A stretch of 53,604 bases of DNA from Candidatus Curtissbacteria bacterium (GTDB lineage Bacteria; Patescibacteriota; Microgenomatia; Curtissbacterales; GWA2-41-24): positions 1-53,604 of the forward strand of contig JACPEV010000016.1 of NCBI GenBank assembly GCA_016183325.1, in the 5' to 3' direction. Position numbers and translations under genes: made by a program. Shown here piece by piece: positions 19,987 to 29,806 of this stretch (its first letter is position 1; each line of letters starts with the position of its first letter). The notes beneath the pieces are model-generated. The model had not been told where the DNA came from. It saw nothing but the letters and a program-made list of their open reading frames with translations, and did not search any database.

Positions 19987-20080
19987 TGTCATTCTGGGGA
20001 ATTCTGTTTTTACAGAACGACACCAGAATCAGCTACAGTTCGATTCTGGAGTCCTCGCTTCGCTCGTCCCCAGAATGACA
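19987..20080. repeat. TGTCAT-family palindromic doublet between convergent genes
   Basis: tgtcattctgggga...ccagaatc / gattctgg...tccccagaatgaca. Confidence 0.8.
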
Positions 20081-20099
20081 TAGAGACCAATTTTTTATT

Positions 20100-20741
20100 T
20101 CAGAAAGGCGTCGGATACGAAGGAGCGGGAATCACATCATCTCCGGTAATTGATTTAAATCTGTTTTTTAAGCCCGGCTTAACTTCATTGATAAGAAAAA
20201 CCGTCCTCCCGAAATTGGAATAGGCATCGTCGAAGCCGACGTCAAGTTCATCAAAAGTTTCATTCTCTTTGGATTTTTGAAAAATTGCCGATAACAACAC
20301 TTCCTGATCTCTCAATCCTTCGGCAACTTCATTGGCCAAAGTAGTCACATCTTGATTTTGAGACTTCGTTTTTTCAAATTGCGCGGCGTACTTTTCAAGT
20401 TGCAGACTATATCGGACCAAACCCTTGCCAGCAGCCGCAAGGTCATTTGCTTCAAACATTAAATAAGCCTCTTTTATTCTCTTGCCCGCCACCACAAAAT
20501 CAAAAGACGCTCTTTTTTCAGCTGATGGCTTAAACATCCTTGAAAGTGCCTCCTTTACCTGGATTGTGAAAAAAAGCGGACTGGTAGGCAAAAACCTTAT
20601 TGGAACGATTTTTTGTAAGGACTCATTAATCTGTCCAGGATTGACCTCTGGAAATTGGTAACTTCCGTGCGCAAAAACTCTGCCAAAATTTATGCTCAAA
20701 ACCAAAAAAAATACAATCAAGACGAATGAGAAAATTTTCAT
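20100..20741 (-). CDS. secreted helical protein (DUF5667-like)
   Basis: Signal peptide; LPTSPLF..K..E and KRIKEA patterns. Confidence 0.7.
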   Translation of the reverse strand: MKIFSFVLIVFFLVLSINFGRVFAHGSYQFPEVNPGQINESLQKIVPIRFLPTSPLFFTIQVKEALSRMFKPSAEKRASFDFVVAGKRIKEAYLMFEANDLAAAGKGLVRYSLQLEKYAAQFEKTKSQNQDVTTLANEVAEGLRDQEVLLSAIFQKSKENETFDELDVGFDDAYSNFGRTVFLINEVKPGLKNRFKSITGDDVIPAPSYPTPF

Positions 20742-20770
20742 TCAATTACGAATTTCAAAAAAGATATCTG

Positions 20771-20842
20771 TGCCACCAGGGGGACTCGAACCCCCGTTAT
20801 CCGGTTGAGAACCGAATGTCCTAACCCCTAGACGATGGTGGC
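20771..20842 (-). tRNA. tRNA-Glu(CTC)
   Basis: Full cloverleaf GCCACCA...TGGTGGC-A; anticodon loop TTCTCAA; GGTTCGAGTCC T-arm; CCA not encoded. Confidence 0.95.
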
Positions 20843-20861
20843 ATATCAAAAAAAAACGCTG

Positions 20862-20928
20862 CTTGTCCTTCCGAAGCTCTGCACCGCAGAGCGAAGGAGG
20901 GTATCCTGGGCCACTAGACGATAGCGGC
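20862..20928 (-). pseudogene. 5' half of a second tRNA-Glu-like gene fused to a palindromic repeat
   Basis: Minus strand reads GCCGCTATCGTCTAGTGGCCCAGGATAC, then cctccttcgctctgcggtgcagagcttcggaaggacaag. Confidence 0.65.
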
Positions 20929-21027
20929 GGAAAAACCGTCAAAATCGAGGTAAATTATAGCACAAAACGCCCCTGGAAATTTTGAAAAATTTGTGCTATT
21001 ATTAAAACTCTTTTCTGAAGGGGTTAA

Positions 21028-21822
21028 ATGATTAGAATTGCCATTCCTGTAAATCAACCATCGGTTGTTAAGCACTTGGAATATGCTGGTTACGATGTTT
21101 TGCGAAGTCGCGGTTTGACCAGACGACCTGACAATCCTGAGGGGTCTGAGCTCAATGAAGGCATAATTGGCCCGGGCAATCACTATGCTGGATACCTTCG
21201 TTCAATGGACCTTTTATTTAATGTCTCAAGTGGAAATTTCGACTTCGGTTTCGTAGGTAGTGATATCGTTGAGGAAAAACCCTACTGGCCGGTTGAAACT
21301 CTCGACCAATATCCCTATGGCAGAGAGCTGGGAGAGCGTCAGCCTCGGCTAGAAATAGTGGCACATCGTGAGTCTCCAGCAAGAAGTGTACGCGATTTTA
21401 AGCCTGGAGACATATTTTATACCGAAAGGATGGAAATTACTATAGATTATTTACAGAGATTAGGCCTAAAAGTATTAGTGGAAGGTAAAGAGAGCCCGCA
21501 AGATTTTAAAAGAAGAGTTCTTGAAGGTGATGCGGTGGGTGTTCATGAGATCCTTGGAACATCCCCTATACAGATTGCGCCGGAAGATGAATTCGGTGTA
21601 ATGGTCAATGAGTCTGGCGACACAGGTTATGATTATGAATTAATAATAATTGCAAAAATTATGGATATTAAAACACTACTGATCGCCAATCTTGATTCAC
21701 TGCGAGACGAAACTATAAGAGAAGTAATGTTTCAATTCCAGGGGAATTTAAGAGAAGCTTTCTTAACACGTAAAGAATTCGAAATGCCACCCACCCCAGC
21801 TCATCTTGAAAGAGAACTTTAG
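21028..21822 (+). CDS. divergent ATP phosphoribosyltransferase (HisG)-like protein
   Basis: IRIAIP, LRSMD...V.SG..DFG.VGSD.VEE and ESGDT align with HisG motifs, but are degenerate. Confidence 0.6.
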   Translation: MIRIAIPVNQPSVVKHLEYAGYDVLRSRGLTRRPDNPEGSELNEGIIGPGNHYAGYLRSMDLLFNVSSGNFDFGFVGSDIVEEKPYWPVETLDQYPYGRELGERQPRLEIVAHRESPARSVRDFKPGDIFYTERMEITIDYLQRLGLKVLVEGKESPQDFKRRVLEGDAVGVHEILGTSPIQIAPEDEFGVMVNESGDTGYDYELIIIAKIMDIKTLLIANLDSLRDETIREVMFQFQGNLREAFLTRKEFEMPPTPAHLEREL

Positions 21823-21894
21823 ATTCGAATTTCCTCAAGACGATATTCTTGACCTATTTTGGAATTTAGATTAGAATTGACATCCGATTACAAC

Positions 21895-22368
21895 ATGCCG
21901 CCGCATGCAGCTAAGAAATTTATCTTGACTCAGGAAGGTCTGGCCGAGATCAAACAAGAATATGATGATCTGGTCCAAAATAAAAGACCGCAAATTGCCC
22001 AGCGAATTCAAAGAGCCAGGGAATTTGGTGACTTGGCCGAAAATTCCGAATACGATGCTGCCAAAGAAGAACAAACTCTTATTGAAACCAGAATCACCGA
22101 TCTTGAAAAAGTTCTGCATAAAGCTCAGATCATCGAACCGGCAAAACAAACAGATTTTGTAATCATCGGATCCACTGTAGTAGTTGAAATGGATGGAGAG
22201 GTAGACGAATTTATGATTGTCGGTACTATGGAAGCAGATCCTGCTTCAAGGAAAATCTCCAACGAATCACCTGTCGGTCAGACACTTTTGGGAGCAAAAG
22301 TTGGTGACACCGTTGATGTAACCACTCCTATTGTTAAAGCGAGATATAAAATATTGAAAATTAAATGA
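21895..22368 (+). CDS. greA: transcription elongation factor GreA
   Basis: GDLAENSEYDAAK and ISNESPVG motifs. Confidence 0.95.
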   Translation: MPPHAAKKFILTQEGLAEIKQEYDDLVQNKRPQIAQRIQRAREFGDLAENSEYDAAKEEQTLIETRITDLEKVLHKAQIIEPAKQTDFVIIGSTVVVEMDGEVDEFMIVGTMEADPASRKISNESPVGQTLLGAKVGDTVDVTTPIVKARYKILKIK

Positions 22369-23735
22369 AAAACCTTCAGGCATTCAGAGAATTCACAGTC
22401 GACAACTCTATTTTTAAGATTCTTTCAAAAAATGAAAAAGAAATTCTGCCGATTTTAATCGAAGCATCAAAAAAATTAGCAGAGATTTATCTCGAACAAG
22501 AAATAGGACACGAGAAATATCCTGGCGCGAATCTCTATCCGTCAGATGTTACTGACTACGAAATTGAAAAAACGGCCATGAAAGATCCAGATATTCTATC
22601 TTCTTACACAATTGTTGAAAAAAGCCTCAAGGGACTTGTAGCAGTCCCTTATCATATTAAGTTTAAAAACCAACTTACCGAAATCAGCACTTTACTTTCA
22701 AAAGCAAGTTTCGTAATCAAAAATAAAACTTTGGCAAAATATCTAAAAATAGCTTCCGATTCCCTTGTGAATGGAAATTATAGAAAAATGGACGAAGCAT
22801 GGTTGGATTTAAAAAACTCTCACCTAATTTTTTTAATAGGGCCTTACGAACGATATCTGGACAAAAGATTTTTCAAAAAAATGGTTTATATATCTTTTGT
22901 TGGTATAATTGACCCATACCACACACAACAAGCGGAAAAAATTTATAAAGTTTTGTCGACCACTCTCGGAGACAAACCTCACAAATATCCTACTCCAGCT
23001 CGGGTACAGGTTTTGGCTATACGAAACCTGATTTTTTCCGGATTTCTTGCTCGCGCGCTATTCACCTCCGAGCATATACCTTCAGATGACACAACTATTC
23101 AAGGATCAGGAGTCAGATTGATGGGATACCTTTCATCTATGGACTATAAGTTCGAACATCTTCTTTATCCTATTTTTAAATCTATTTTTGAAAAAAGATT
23201 CCAACAATCATATTCCGAAGATCTTTTAAGAAGAGGAAATTATTACTTTGTTTTCGTAACCGGCTTAGCACGTCAGTTGCACAGATTTGAAGGCGCACGC
23301 GAAAAACTCAAAGAGCTTTTCCCTGTAATAGAAGAGCTCAATAGCATAGTCTCCGGGAATCAACATTGTAAGCACTTAGTTATGAAAGGCGTTATTGACC
23401 AGAAAGACTTAGAAGCAATTCTCATTATGCATATTTGCTGGTGGTTCTCGGAATGGATTTTGTCGAAAAAAACTAACGTTAGGGAAGATTATCTCAAAGG
23501 AGACATGGCTGCGCTTAATTATTTAATTAAAGAAAGAGCCTTGCAAGAAAAAGACGGCATTTCCTGGCCAAATTTCGCCAAAATCTTTTTTGAAATGGAG
23601 AACTTGGCCAATTTATTAACGCGCTTATATCAAGAAGGGGATTATAATGAAGTGAAGGAATTTTTATCAAGCTATCTATCACCTGAGCCATTCCGTGCTT
23701 TTGATGAGCGTTTATCCAAAATTAAACCAATTTGA
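22365..23735 (+). CDS. peptidase M49 (DPP III)-like protein lacking HExxH
   Basis: GANLYP.D, LVAVPYH and IGPYE.Y.D motifs; the Zn-motif position reads TGLAR. Confidence 0.65.
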   Translation: MKNLQAFREFTVDNSIFKILSKNEKEILPILIEASKKLAEIYLEQEIGHEKYPGANLYPSDVTDYEIEKTAMKDPDILSSYTIVEKSLKGLVAVPYHIKFKNQLTEISTLLSKASFVIKNKTLAKYLKIASDSLVNGNYRKMDEAWLDLKNSHLIFLIGPYERYLDKRFFKKMVYISFVGIIDPYHTQQAEKIYKVLSTTLGDKPHKYPTPARVQVLAIRNLIFSGFLARALFTSEHIPSDDTTIQGSGVRLMGYLSSMDYKFEHLLYPIFKSIFEKRFQQSYSEDLLRRGNYYFVFVTGLARQLHRFEGAREKLKELFPVIEELNSIVSGNQHCKHLVMKGVIDQKDLEAILIMHICWWFSEWILSKKTNVREDYLKGDMAALNYLIKERALQEKDGISWPNFAKIFFEMENLANLLTRLYQEGDYNEVKEFLSSYLSPEPFRAFDERLSKIKPI

Positions 23736-23817
23736 TTATCGGCAAATTTAGCCTTTTTTCGCCAAACAAAATTCGCCAAACAAGTTTAAAAGGTGTAAAA
23801 TATATTTTTTATTCTAT

Positions 23818-25362
23818 ATGAGGGAAATGCTCAGACAGTCTTATTCGCGTGTCAAGTCACTAATATGGCCAGAGACGGGTTCTCTTCAGGAGTTGGAGGT
23901 TGCTTTTGGGTATGCCAATAACGAAGAACGATTCAGACCGATTCCCCTATCTCGTGAGTTAGAAAGATCCCTTAACGACTACGAAAGGGATCTTATGAGA
24001 AAATGTGAGACCGCTGCTAGGATTATGGCAAAAGTTTATAGTGTCCAAGAAAGCCCCTTACCTGAAGAGAACAATTTTTATCCTGAAGGAACTAGGGAAG
24101 AAGATTTAAGAGCGACTGCTAGATTGCCAGAGAAATCTGACTTAACTTCTCCATATGCGATTGTTATTAAGGATCGAAACCGCGAATATTTTCCTATACC
24201 CTACCACATTGCCTACAGGAGAATTTTCGAACAAAATCGTCTTTTAGAAACCCTTACGGAACTTTCTCAAATTTCTGTCAAATTAAGAGATTCTAATTCG
24301 TCCACCTACTTTAGACAAAAGAGGGAAGAATTCACCTCTGGAGATCACAAATCCCCAGAAATTACCAGAATGAAACGGTTAGATGAGCCAAAAATTGAGC
24401 TAGTAATTGGTTTTTACGACACTAACACAGATAACTTTGGAATTAAATATTCAGCTCAAGCCTGGGGAGATGTGCTGGACGCTAAGAGTACCCAGGAGTA
24501 TAGGCAGTTTCTCGAAGCATTGAAAAACTGGGTGAAGGAATCCACGGGGCGACAACCTCCAGATGCGAAAGTACGCGCAAGCTATCTTTTCATTGTGGCC
24601 GGCCAAGCAGCAAAATATGATTGGGTCGGAAATAACTTACCTTGTCAACCTGCTTGGCGTCAAGAAATGGGTTCAAAGATTGATATCTTTGTTCAGAGAT
24701 TCGATGCCAAGTTTGCAAGAGATTGGTATCCTGCATTTAGAGACATTATTAGTCCGAATAGACGCGTTGGTCTTTCGGAATCACAAGTTAAAGAACTTGC
24801 CAAAACCGCTTTTATAAAGAGATACATTGCGCACGAGTATGGACATTCACTTGTCCCAGAAGGACTGTCCGATCGGTTCGGGGGATACGCCGATTTTCTA
24901 AAAGAACTCTATTGCGAACTTTTTGCGATTCATTCTCTAAACAATATGCCAACAGATTCAAAGTTTGGCAATAAAGAAAAAGATTTTGTCATCGCCTCCG
25001 AATTTTCTGAAGGTATTGTGGATTATCAGACTTATAATTCTCCTCAACAAAGACGAGCGGAATATTTTGTCCTTTCCTCAGTCATTAAGAAATATTGTGA
25101 AGATAAGAAGAGTATCTTTGAAGAAAATGGTTGTATTGCATGGAAATCCTACAGGGATCCCCGTGATGCTACCACGGCATTATATTTCGATGTTGACCAT
25201 CTCATCCGTTATGGTAATTATGATGAAGTCGTAAAGTTCTTCGACGAAAATTTCGATTCCAATACCTACCGGTCCTTAGCCACAAAACAAAGTGCAGGTG
25301 GTCCATTTAGCGGTGCAAGGAGAAGGCCGACGCGCTCAAACCCGAATCATTACGTCGCATAA
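23818..25362 (+). CDS. peptidase M49-like Zn metallopeptidase
   Basis: NNFYP, IPYH, NNLP and HEYGH...KELYCE motifs. Confidence 0.65.
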   Translation: MREMLRQSYSRVKSLIWPETGSLQELEVAFGYANNEERFRPIPLSRELERSLNDYERDLMRKCETAARIMAKVYSVQESPLPEENNFYPEGTREEDLRATARLPEKSDLTSPYAIVIKDRNREYFPIPYHIAYRRIFEQNRLLETLTELSQISVKLRDSNSSTYFRQKREEFTSGDHKSPEITRMKRLDEPKIELVIGFYDTNTDNFGIKYSAQAWGDVLDAKSTQEYRQFLEALKNWVKESTGRQPPDAKVRASYLFIVAGQAAKYDWVGNNLPCQPAWRQEMGSKIDIFVQRFDAKFARDWYPAFRDIISPNRRVGLSESQVKELAKTAFIKRYIAHEYGHSLVPEGLSDRFGGYADFLKELYCELFAIHSLNNMPTDSKFGNKEKDFVIASEFSEGIVDYQTYNSPQQRRAEYFVLSSVIKKYCEDKKSIFEENGCIAWKSYRDPRDATTALYFDVDHLIRYGNYDEVVKFFDENFDSNTYRSLATKQSAGGPFSGARRRPTRSNPNHYVA

Positions 25363-25416
25363 GTGGATAGATTTTCATTGCACAATTAGCCCCTCTTCCC
25401 GTATACTCTAACCATT

Positions 25417-26859
25417 ATGGAGCCGTTGGAAAAACTGCGAAAAGCAAGGCTGGAAAAGCTTGCAAAAATCAAGAATCTCAAGATCGATCCATATCCTGCC
25501 AAAAGCGCCAAAAAACAAACCATTGCCCAGTGTTTAAAATTACGCGGCAGCCAAGTTTCCACCGCCGGCCGCATTATGGCGATCCGAGGACACGGGGGAT
25601 CCACTTTTATGGATTTAGTCGACGAGTCCGGTAAAATCCAACTCTTTTTCTCCAAAAGTCAACTGTCAAATGTCAATTGTCAATTGTTGGAGCTGTTGGA
25701 CCTCGGCGATTTTTTAGAAGTCTCCGGCGAAGTCAAAAAAACTCAGGCAGGTGAAATTACTATCTTTGCAAATGATCTTAATCTTTTGACAAAATCTTTG
25801 AGACCCATTCCGCAGTCATTCTATGGTCTTAAGGACGTCGAAACTAGGCTTCGAAAAAGATATTTAGATCTAATTGTTAATCCCCAAGTCCGCGAAATTT
25901 TCATCAGAAAAGCCAAATTTTGGTCAAGCATTCGGCAATTTTTAGTCGAGAGTGGATTTTTAGAAGTAGAAACTCCCGCACTCGAACCAATTCCAGGCGG
26001 AGCTGATGCTCGACCCTTCATCACCCATCACAACGCCTTAAACCGTGATTTTTACCTGCGAATTTCACTTGAGCTTTATCAAAAAAGGCTTTTAGTAGGC
26101 GGTTTTGAAAAGATCTTTGAAATTGGCAAAATTTTCAGAAATGAAGGTATCGATCAGGAACATTTACAAGATTATTTACAAATGGAATTTTACTGGGCTT
26201 ATGCCGACTTTGAAATGCTGATGGAATTCGTCGAAGATTATTACAGATTTATTGTCAAAGAAACTTTTGGAACTACCAAGACCAGAACAGGAGAAAATGA
26301 ATTGGATTGGGCAAAACCTTGGCCAAAGATAGATTATTTTGATTCATTCAAGCAAGAAACGGGTTTGGATCTTTCTAAAAATCCCAAGATTGAAGATCTC
26401 TACAAACTTGCCCAAAAGGTCGGTGCAAAACCAGATAAAAAAATGGGGGAGGGGCGATTAATCGACTCGATTCATAAAAAAATCATCAGACCAAAAATCA
26501 TTACTCCCTCGTTTTTGATCAATCATCCAGTTTTGGTTTCACCACTTGCCAAAAGAGATTCCAAAAATCCCAATACTGTGCAAAGAGTTCAGGTCATGGC
26601 CGCCGGTACTGAAGTTGGCAACGGTTTTTCGGAGCTCAATGACCCAATTGATCAAAAAGAAAGGTTTCAGCTGCAACAAAAGTTAAGACAATCAGGGGAT
26701 GAAGAAGCTCAAATGTATGACGAAGATTTTATTGAAGCTCTTGAATACGGCATGCCGCCCGCCGTAGGCTTCGGTCTTTCGCAAAGACTTTTTGCTGTTT
26801 TGGTCGACAAGCCAATCAGAGAGACAGTTTTCTTCCCGGCGGTTAAACCGGGCAAATAA
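25417..26859 (+). CDS. lysS: lysine--tRNA ligase (class II)
   Basis: OB domain; GGADARPF, FRNEG and EYGMPP motifs. Confidence 0.97.
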   Translation: MEPLEKLRKARLEKLAKIKNLKIDPYPAKSAKKQTIAQCLKLRGSQVSTAGRIMAIRGHGGSTFMDLVDESGKIQLFFSKSQLSNVNCQLLELLDLGDFLEVSGEVKKTQAGEITIFANDLNLLTKSLRPIPQSFYGLKDVETRLRKRYLDLIVNPQVREIFIRKAKFWSSIRQFLVESGFLEVETPALEPIPGGADARPFITHHNALNRDFYLRISLELYQKRLLVGGFEKIFEIGKIFRNEGIDQEHLQDYLQMEFYWAYADFEMLMEFVEDYYRFIVKETFGTTKTRTGENELDWAKPWPKIDYFDSFKQETGLDLSKNPKIEDLYKLAQKVGAKPDKKMGEGRLIDSIHKKIIRPKIITPSFLINHPVLVSPLAKRDSKNPNTVQRVQVMAAGTEVGNGFSELNDPIDQKERFQLQQKLRQSGDEEAQMYDEDFIEALEYGMPPAVGFGLSQRLFAVLVDKPIRETVFFPAVKPGK

Positions 26860-26932
26860 CCAAAACCCGATGTGTCAACCTGACACACACCTGGTGTGTA
26901 CTAGCTTGACACATGAGGATTTTCTCGCAGAG

Positions 26933-27502
26933 ATGACTAGAAATGAAGCTATAGAAATATTGGAAGAATTAAAAAATTCGCCCAACATGGTCAAACACGC
27001 GCTCGCCGTCGGCTTTACCATGTCCGCTCTTTATGATTACTTCGCAAGTAGGGGCTCAACTCCTGAAATAGAGCGTTCTGACTGGGAAATTGTTGGCATG
27101 CTGCACGATGCAGATTACGAAATCACCGGCAAATCACTCGATCTGCATACGGATGAAACGACCAAAAAATTAAAAGAGTTAAATGCCGATCAGCAAATCA
27201 TCGATGCCATCCGAGGACATTGTGACAAAGCAGAAAGAGCTACTCTAATGGCCAAATCAGTCTATGCGGCAGATGAACTAACGGGCCTGATTGTAGCCTG
27301 CGCTCTTGTCCAACCGGATAAAAAACTGGCGTCCGTCAGCGCCGATTCAGCCATGCGCAAGTTTAAAGATAAATCCTTCGCCGCAGGTGTCAACCGCGAC
27401 CAAATCAAAACTTGCGAGACAGAACTAAACATTCCCCTGGAAGAATTTGTGTCAATGACTTTAAAAGCAATGCAAGATCACTCAGACGAATTGGGATTAT
27501 GA
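26933..27502 (+). CDS. HD-domain (HDIG) phosphohydrolase
   Basis: KH, LHDADYE, DELTGLI and KFKDKSFAAGVNR motifs. Confidence 0.85.
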   Translation: MTRNEAIEILEELKNSPNMVKHALAVGFTMSALYDYFASRGSTPEIERSDWEIVGMLHDADYEITGKSLDLHTDETTKKLKELNADQQIIDAIRGHCDKAERATLMAKSVYAADELTGLIVACALVQPDKKLASVSADSAMRKFKDKSFAAGVNRDQIKTCETELNIPLEEFVSMTLKAMQDHSDELGL

Positions 27503-27507
27503 ATACT

Positions 27508-27592
27508 TGTCATTTGCAAGCGAAGTCGAGTTCAACTCGACGAAGCGATAGAATCGAGATCCTATCAGCCACTTCGTGGCTTCCAGGATGAC
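27508..27592. repeat. TGTCAT-family doublet with nested palindromes
   Basis: tgtcatt...gtcgagttcaactcgac...agccacttcgtggct...ggatgaca. Confidence 0.75.
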
Positions 27593-27601
27593 AGTAAATA
27601 A

Positions 27602-28192
27602 ATGAAAACAGAAATTCTTAAGAAAATTCTAAAAGTATTTCTAACTCTTCAGTGGGCGAAAGAGCTGCCGAGGCAAGGCTTCATTGCCATGGGTTTTAAA
27701 AGAAACGAAGCCGATTCTGTCGCCGCCCATTCGTGGACCACTGCCATGTTAACTTATATGTTGGGCAGCCAGATGATTAAAGACGGGCAAAAAATCAATT
27801 TAGATCGCGCTGTTAAAATGGCTCTTTTCCATGATATGGCAGAAACTATAGTTGGCGACGTCGGCACTTTTGTCAAAAGCATGGCCGGCGGTTCTTTCGC
27901 CCATATTGAAGAAGAAGGCCTCAAGTGGTTAGTTTTCGACTTGCCTCAAAAAGAAGAAATCACCCAACTTTTTAAAGAATACTCCGAAAGAAAAACAGCA
28001 GAAGCCCGCCTTGTCAAAGCCGCCGACAACTTAGATGCTCTTGCCCAAGCAAAGGGTGTTCCCGCAGCCCAAAATGCTCTAAAATATTTTAAGGAGGTCT
28101 ATCATATTACTAAGTTGCCATGGCACAAAGCCGCCGTCGAAATGATCATAAAAGACGAAGTCGAACCTGAACGGGGCTGGCAGAAAAAGTAA
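27602..28192 (+). CDS. HD-domain hydrolase (YfbR/5'-deoxynucleotidase-like)
   Basis: PRQG, SVAAHS, FHDMAETIVGD and ADNLD motifs. Confidence 0.85.
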   Translation: MKTEILKKILKVFLTLQWAKELPRQGFIAMGFKRNEADSVAAHSWTTAMLTYMLGSQMIKDGQKINLDRAVKMALFHDMAETIVGDVGTFVKSMAGGSFAHIEEEGLKWLVFDLPQKEEITQLFKEYSERKTAEARLVKAADNLDALAQAKGVPAAQNALKYFKEVYHITKLPWHKAAVEMIIKDEVEPERGWQKK

Positions 28193-28253
28193 ATCGTAAA
28201 TCGTAAATAGTTAATCGTTAATCGATGAACAATAAACCATAAACGATAAACGA
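28190..28253. repeat. heptamer tandem array
   Basis: About five taaatcg-like units followed by about four ataaacg-like units. Confidence 0.8.
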
Positions 28254-28254
28254 A

Positions 28255-29490
28255 ATGCTTGATATTAAATTCATTCGCGAAAATGCAAAGTTAGTTGAAG
28301 AAAAAGCCAAGCAAAAAGGTTATGTTCCCAATATCGAAAAATTACTTGAGGTCGACGAAAAAAGAAAGAATTTAATCGAAGCCGTTGACAAACTTCGACA
28401 GGAAAGAAATCAATCCGCTAAAAAACAGGACAAAGAGACAGGAACAAAAATCAAAGTTGATCTAAAAAATAAAGAAGTTGAACTCGAAAAGGCGAGCGAA
28501 GAATATTATCAACTAATACGCGAAGTTCCAAACCTGCCCAAAGACGATGTTCCGGTCGGCCGCGACGAAAATGATAATAAGGTATTGAGGGAAGTCGGCG
28601 AAAAACCAAAGTTTGATTTTGAACCGAAAGATCATCTTGAGCTGGGACTCGGTCTGGACCTTATTGATACTGAGCGAGCATCCAAAATCTCAGGTCCTCG
28701 CTTTGCATTTCTAAAAAACGAACTTGTCACACTGGAGTTCGCCATCATAAGATATGCATTCGACATTCTCACTCAAGAAGGTTTCATTCCAATTATCCCT
28801 CCTGTCATCATCAACAAAAAGCCAGCCGAAGGCCTTGGTTATCCGGAATACGAAACAGGCGAAGGGTATAAGATTGATGATCAGTATTTGGTCGGAACCG
28901 CCGAGCACTCCATCGTCCCTATGCACATGAACGAGACGTTTGGCGAAAAAGATCTCCCCAAAAGATATGTAGGCTTTTCTCCCGCTTTCCGAAGAGAAGC
29001 GGGTTCCTACGGCAAAGACACTCGCGGCATCTTTCGCGTCCATCAATTCGATAAGGTAGAAATGGTCTCCTTCGTCAAATCTGAAGATGAGGATAAAGAA
29101 CATCAATATCTTTTGTCACTCGAAGAGAAAATGGTCCAAAGTCTTGCGCTTCCTTATCGCGTGGTCAATATTTGTACCGGCGAGCTCGGTTTCCCAACTG
29201 CGCAAAAATACGATATCGAAACTTGGATCCCATCCCAGCAAAAGTATCGTGAAACTCATTCTGCATCAACCAATACCGACTTTCAATCAAGAAGACTAAA
29301 TATCAAATTCTTTCCCGCCGAAGGACAGGGAGGTCCTCAAAAAGCATACGTTTACGTCCTCAATGCCACTGCCTTTGCCATCGGTAGAACGATAATTGCA
29401 ATCATGGAAAATTTCCAAGCTAAAGACGGATCGATCCAGATTCCAAAAGCTCTGCACAAATACACCGGCTTTACCAAAATCCCCAGCTAG
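28255..29490 (+). CDS. serS: serine--tRNA ligase
   Basis: MLDIKFIREN, GTAE, FRREAG and RVHQFDKVE motifs. Confidence 0.97.
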   Translation: MLDIKFIRENAKLVEEKAKQKGYVPNIEKLLEVDEKRKNLIEAVDKLRQERNQSAKKQDKETGTKIKVDLKNKEVELEKASEEYYQLIREVPNLPKDDVPVGRDENDNKVLREVGEKPKFDFEPKDHLELGLGLDLIDTERASKISGPRFAFLKNELVTLEFAIIRYAFDILTQEGFIPIIPPVIINKKPAEGLGYPEYETGEGYKIDDQYLVGTAEHSIVPMHMNETFGEKDLPKRYVGFSPAFRREAGSYGKDTRGIFRVHQFDKVEMVSFVKSEDEDKEHQYLLSLEEKMVQSLALPYRVVNICTGELGFPTAQKYDIETWIPSQQKYRETHSASTNTDFQSRRLNIKFFPAEGQGGPQKAYVYVLNATAFAIGRTIIAIMENFQAKDGSIQIPKALHKYTGFTKIPS

Positions 29491-29497
29491 GTACTAT

Positions 29498-29716
29498 CTG
29501 TCATTGCGAGCGAATTCTGCGATTAGCAGAATGAGCGTGGCAATCTGTACCTGTCATCCAGTACGAGATAGCGGGATCCAGACCCTCGCTTTCGCGAGAT
29601 GACAGATCTGCCTATCGTCATTCTCGACTTGATCGAGAATCCAGTTCTAGATTCCCGCTTCCGCGGGAATGACAATAATAGCAGATTGCTTCGTCGCTTT
29701 GCTCCTCGCAATGACA
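29498..29716. repeat. cluster of nested TGTCAT-family palindromic repeats
   Basis: tgtcattgcgag...gcaatct encloses two further doublets and is closed by agattgcttcgtcgc...tcgcaatgaca. Confidence 0.85.
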
Positions 29717-29806
29717 AAAATGGCGCTTTTGGGGAATTGACAGCAAAATTTTCATATCCTAATCTAAAGTTAAGTAAAGCCTCCGACTGCTCGTGAGGCT
29801 TTTCTT

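Noticed and set aside
20742-21183. minus-strand ORFs of 66 and 89 aa
   Set aside because: They overlap the tRNA, the tRNA fragment and the HisG-like gene; shadow ORFs.
29313-29340. possible repeat insert in serS (FPAEGQGGPQ)
   Set aside because: Only a weak hairpin and no matching copy in the window.
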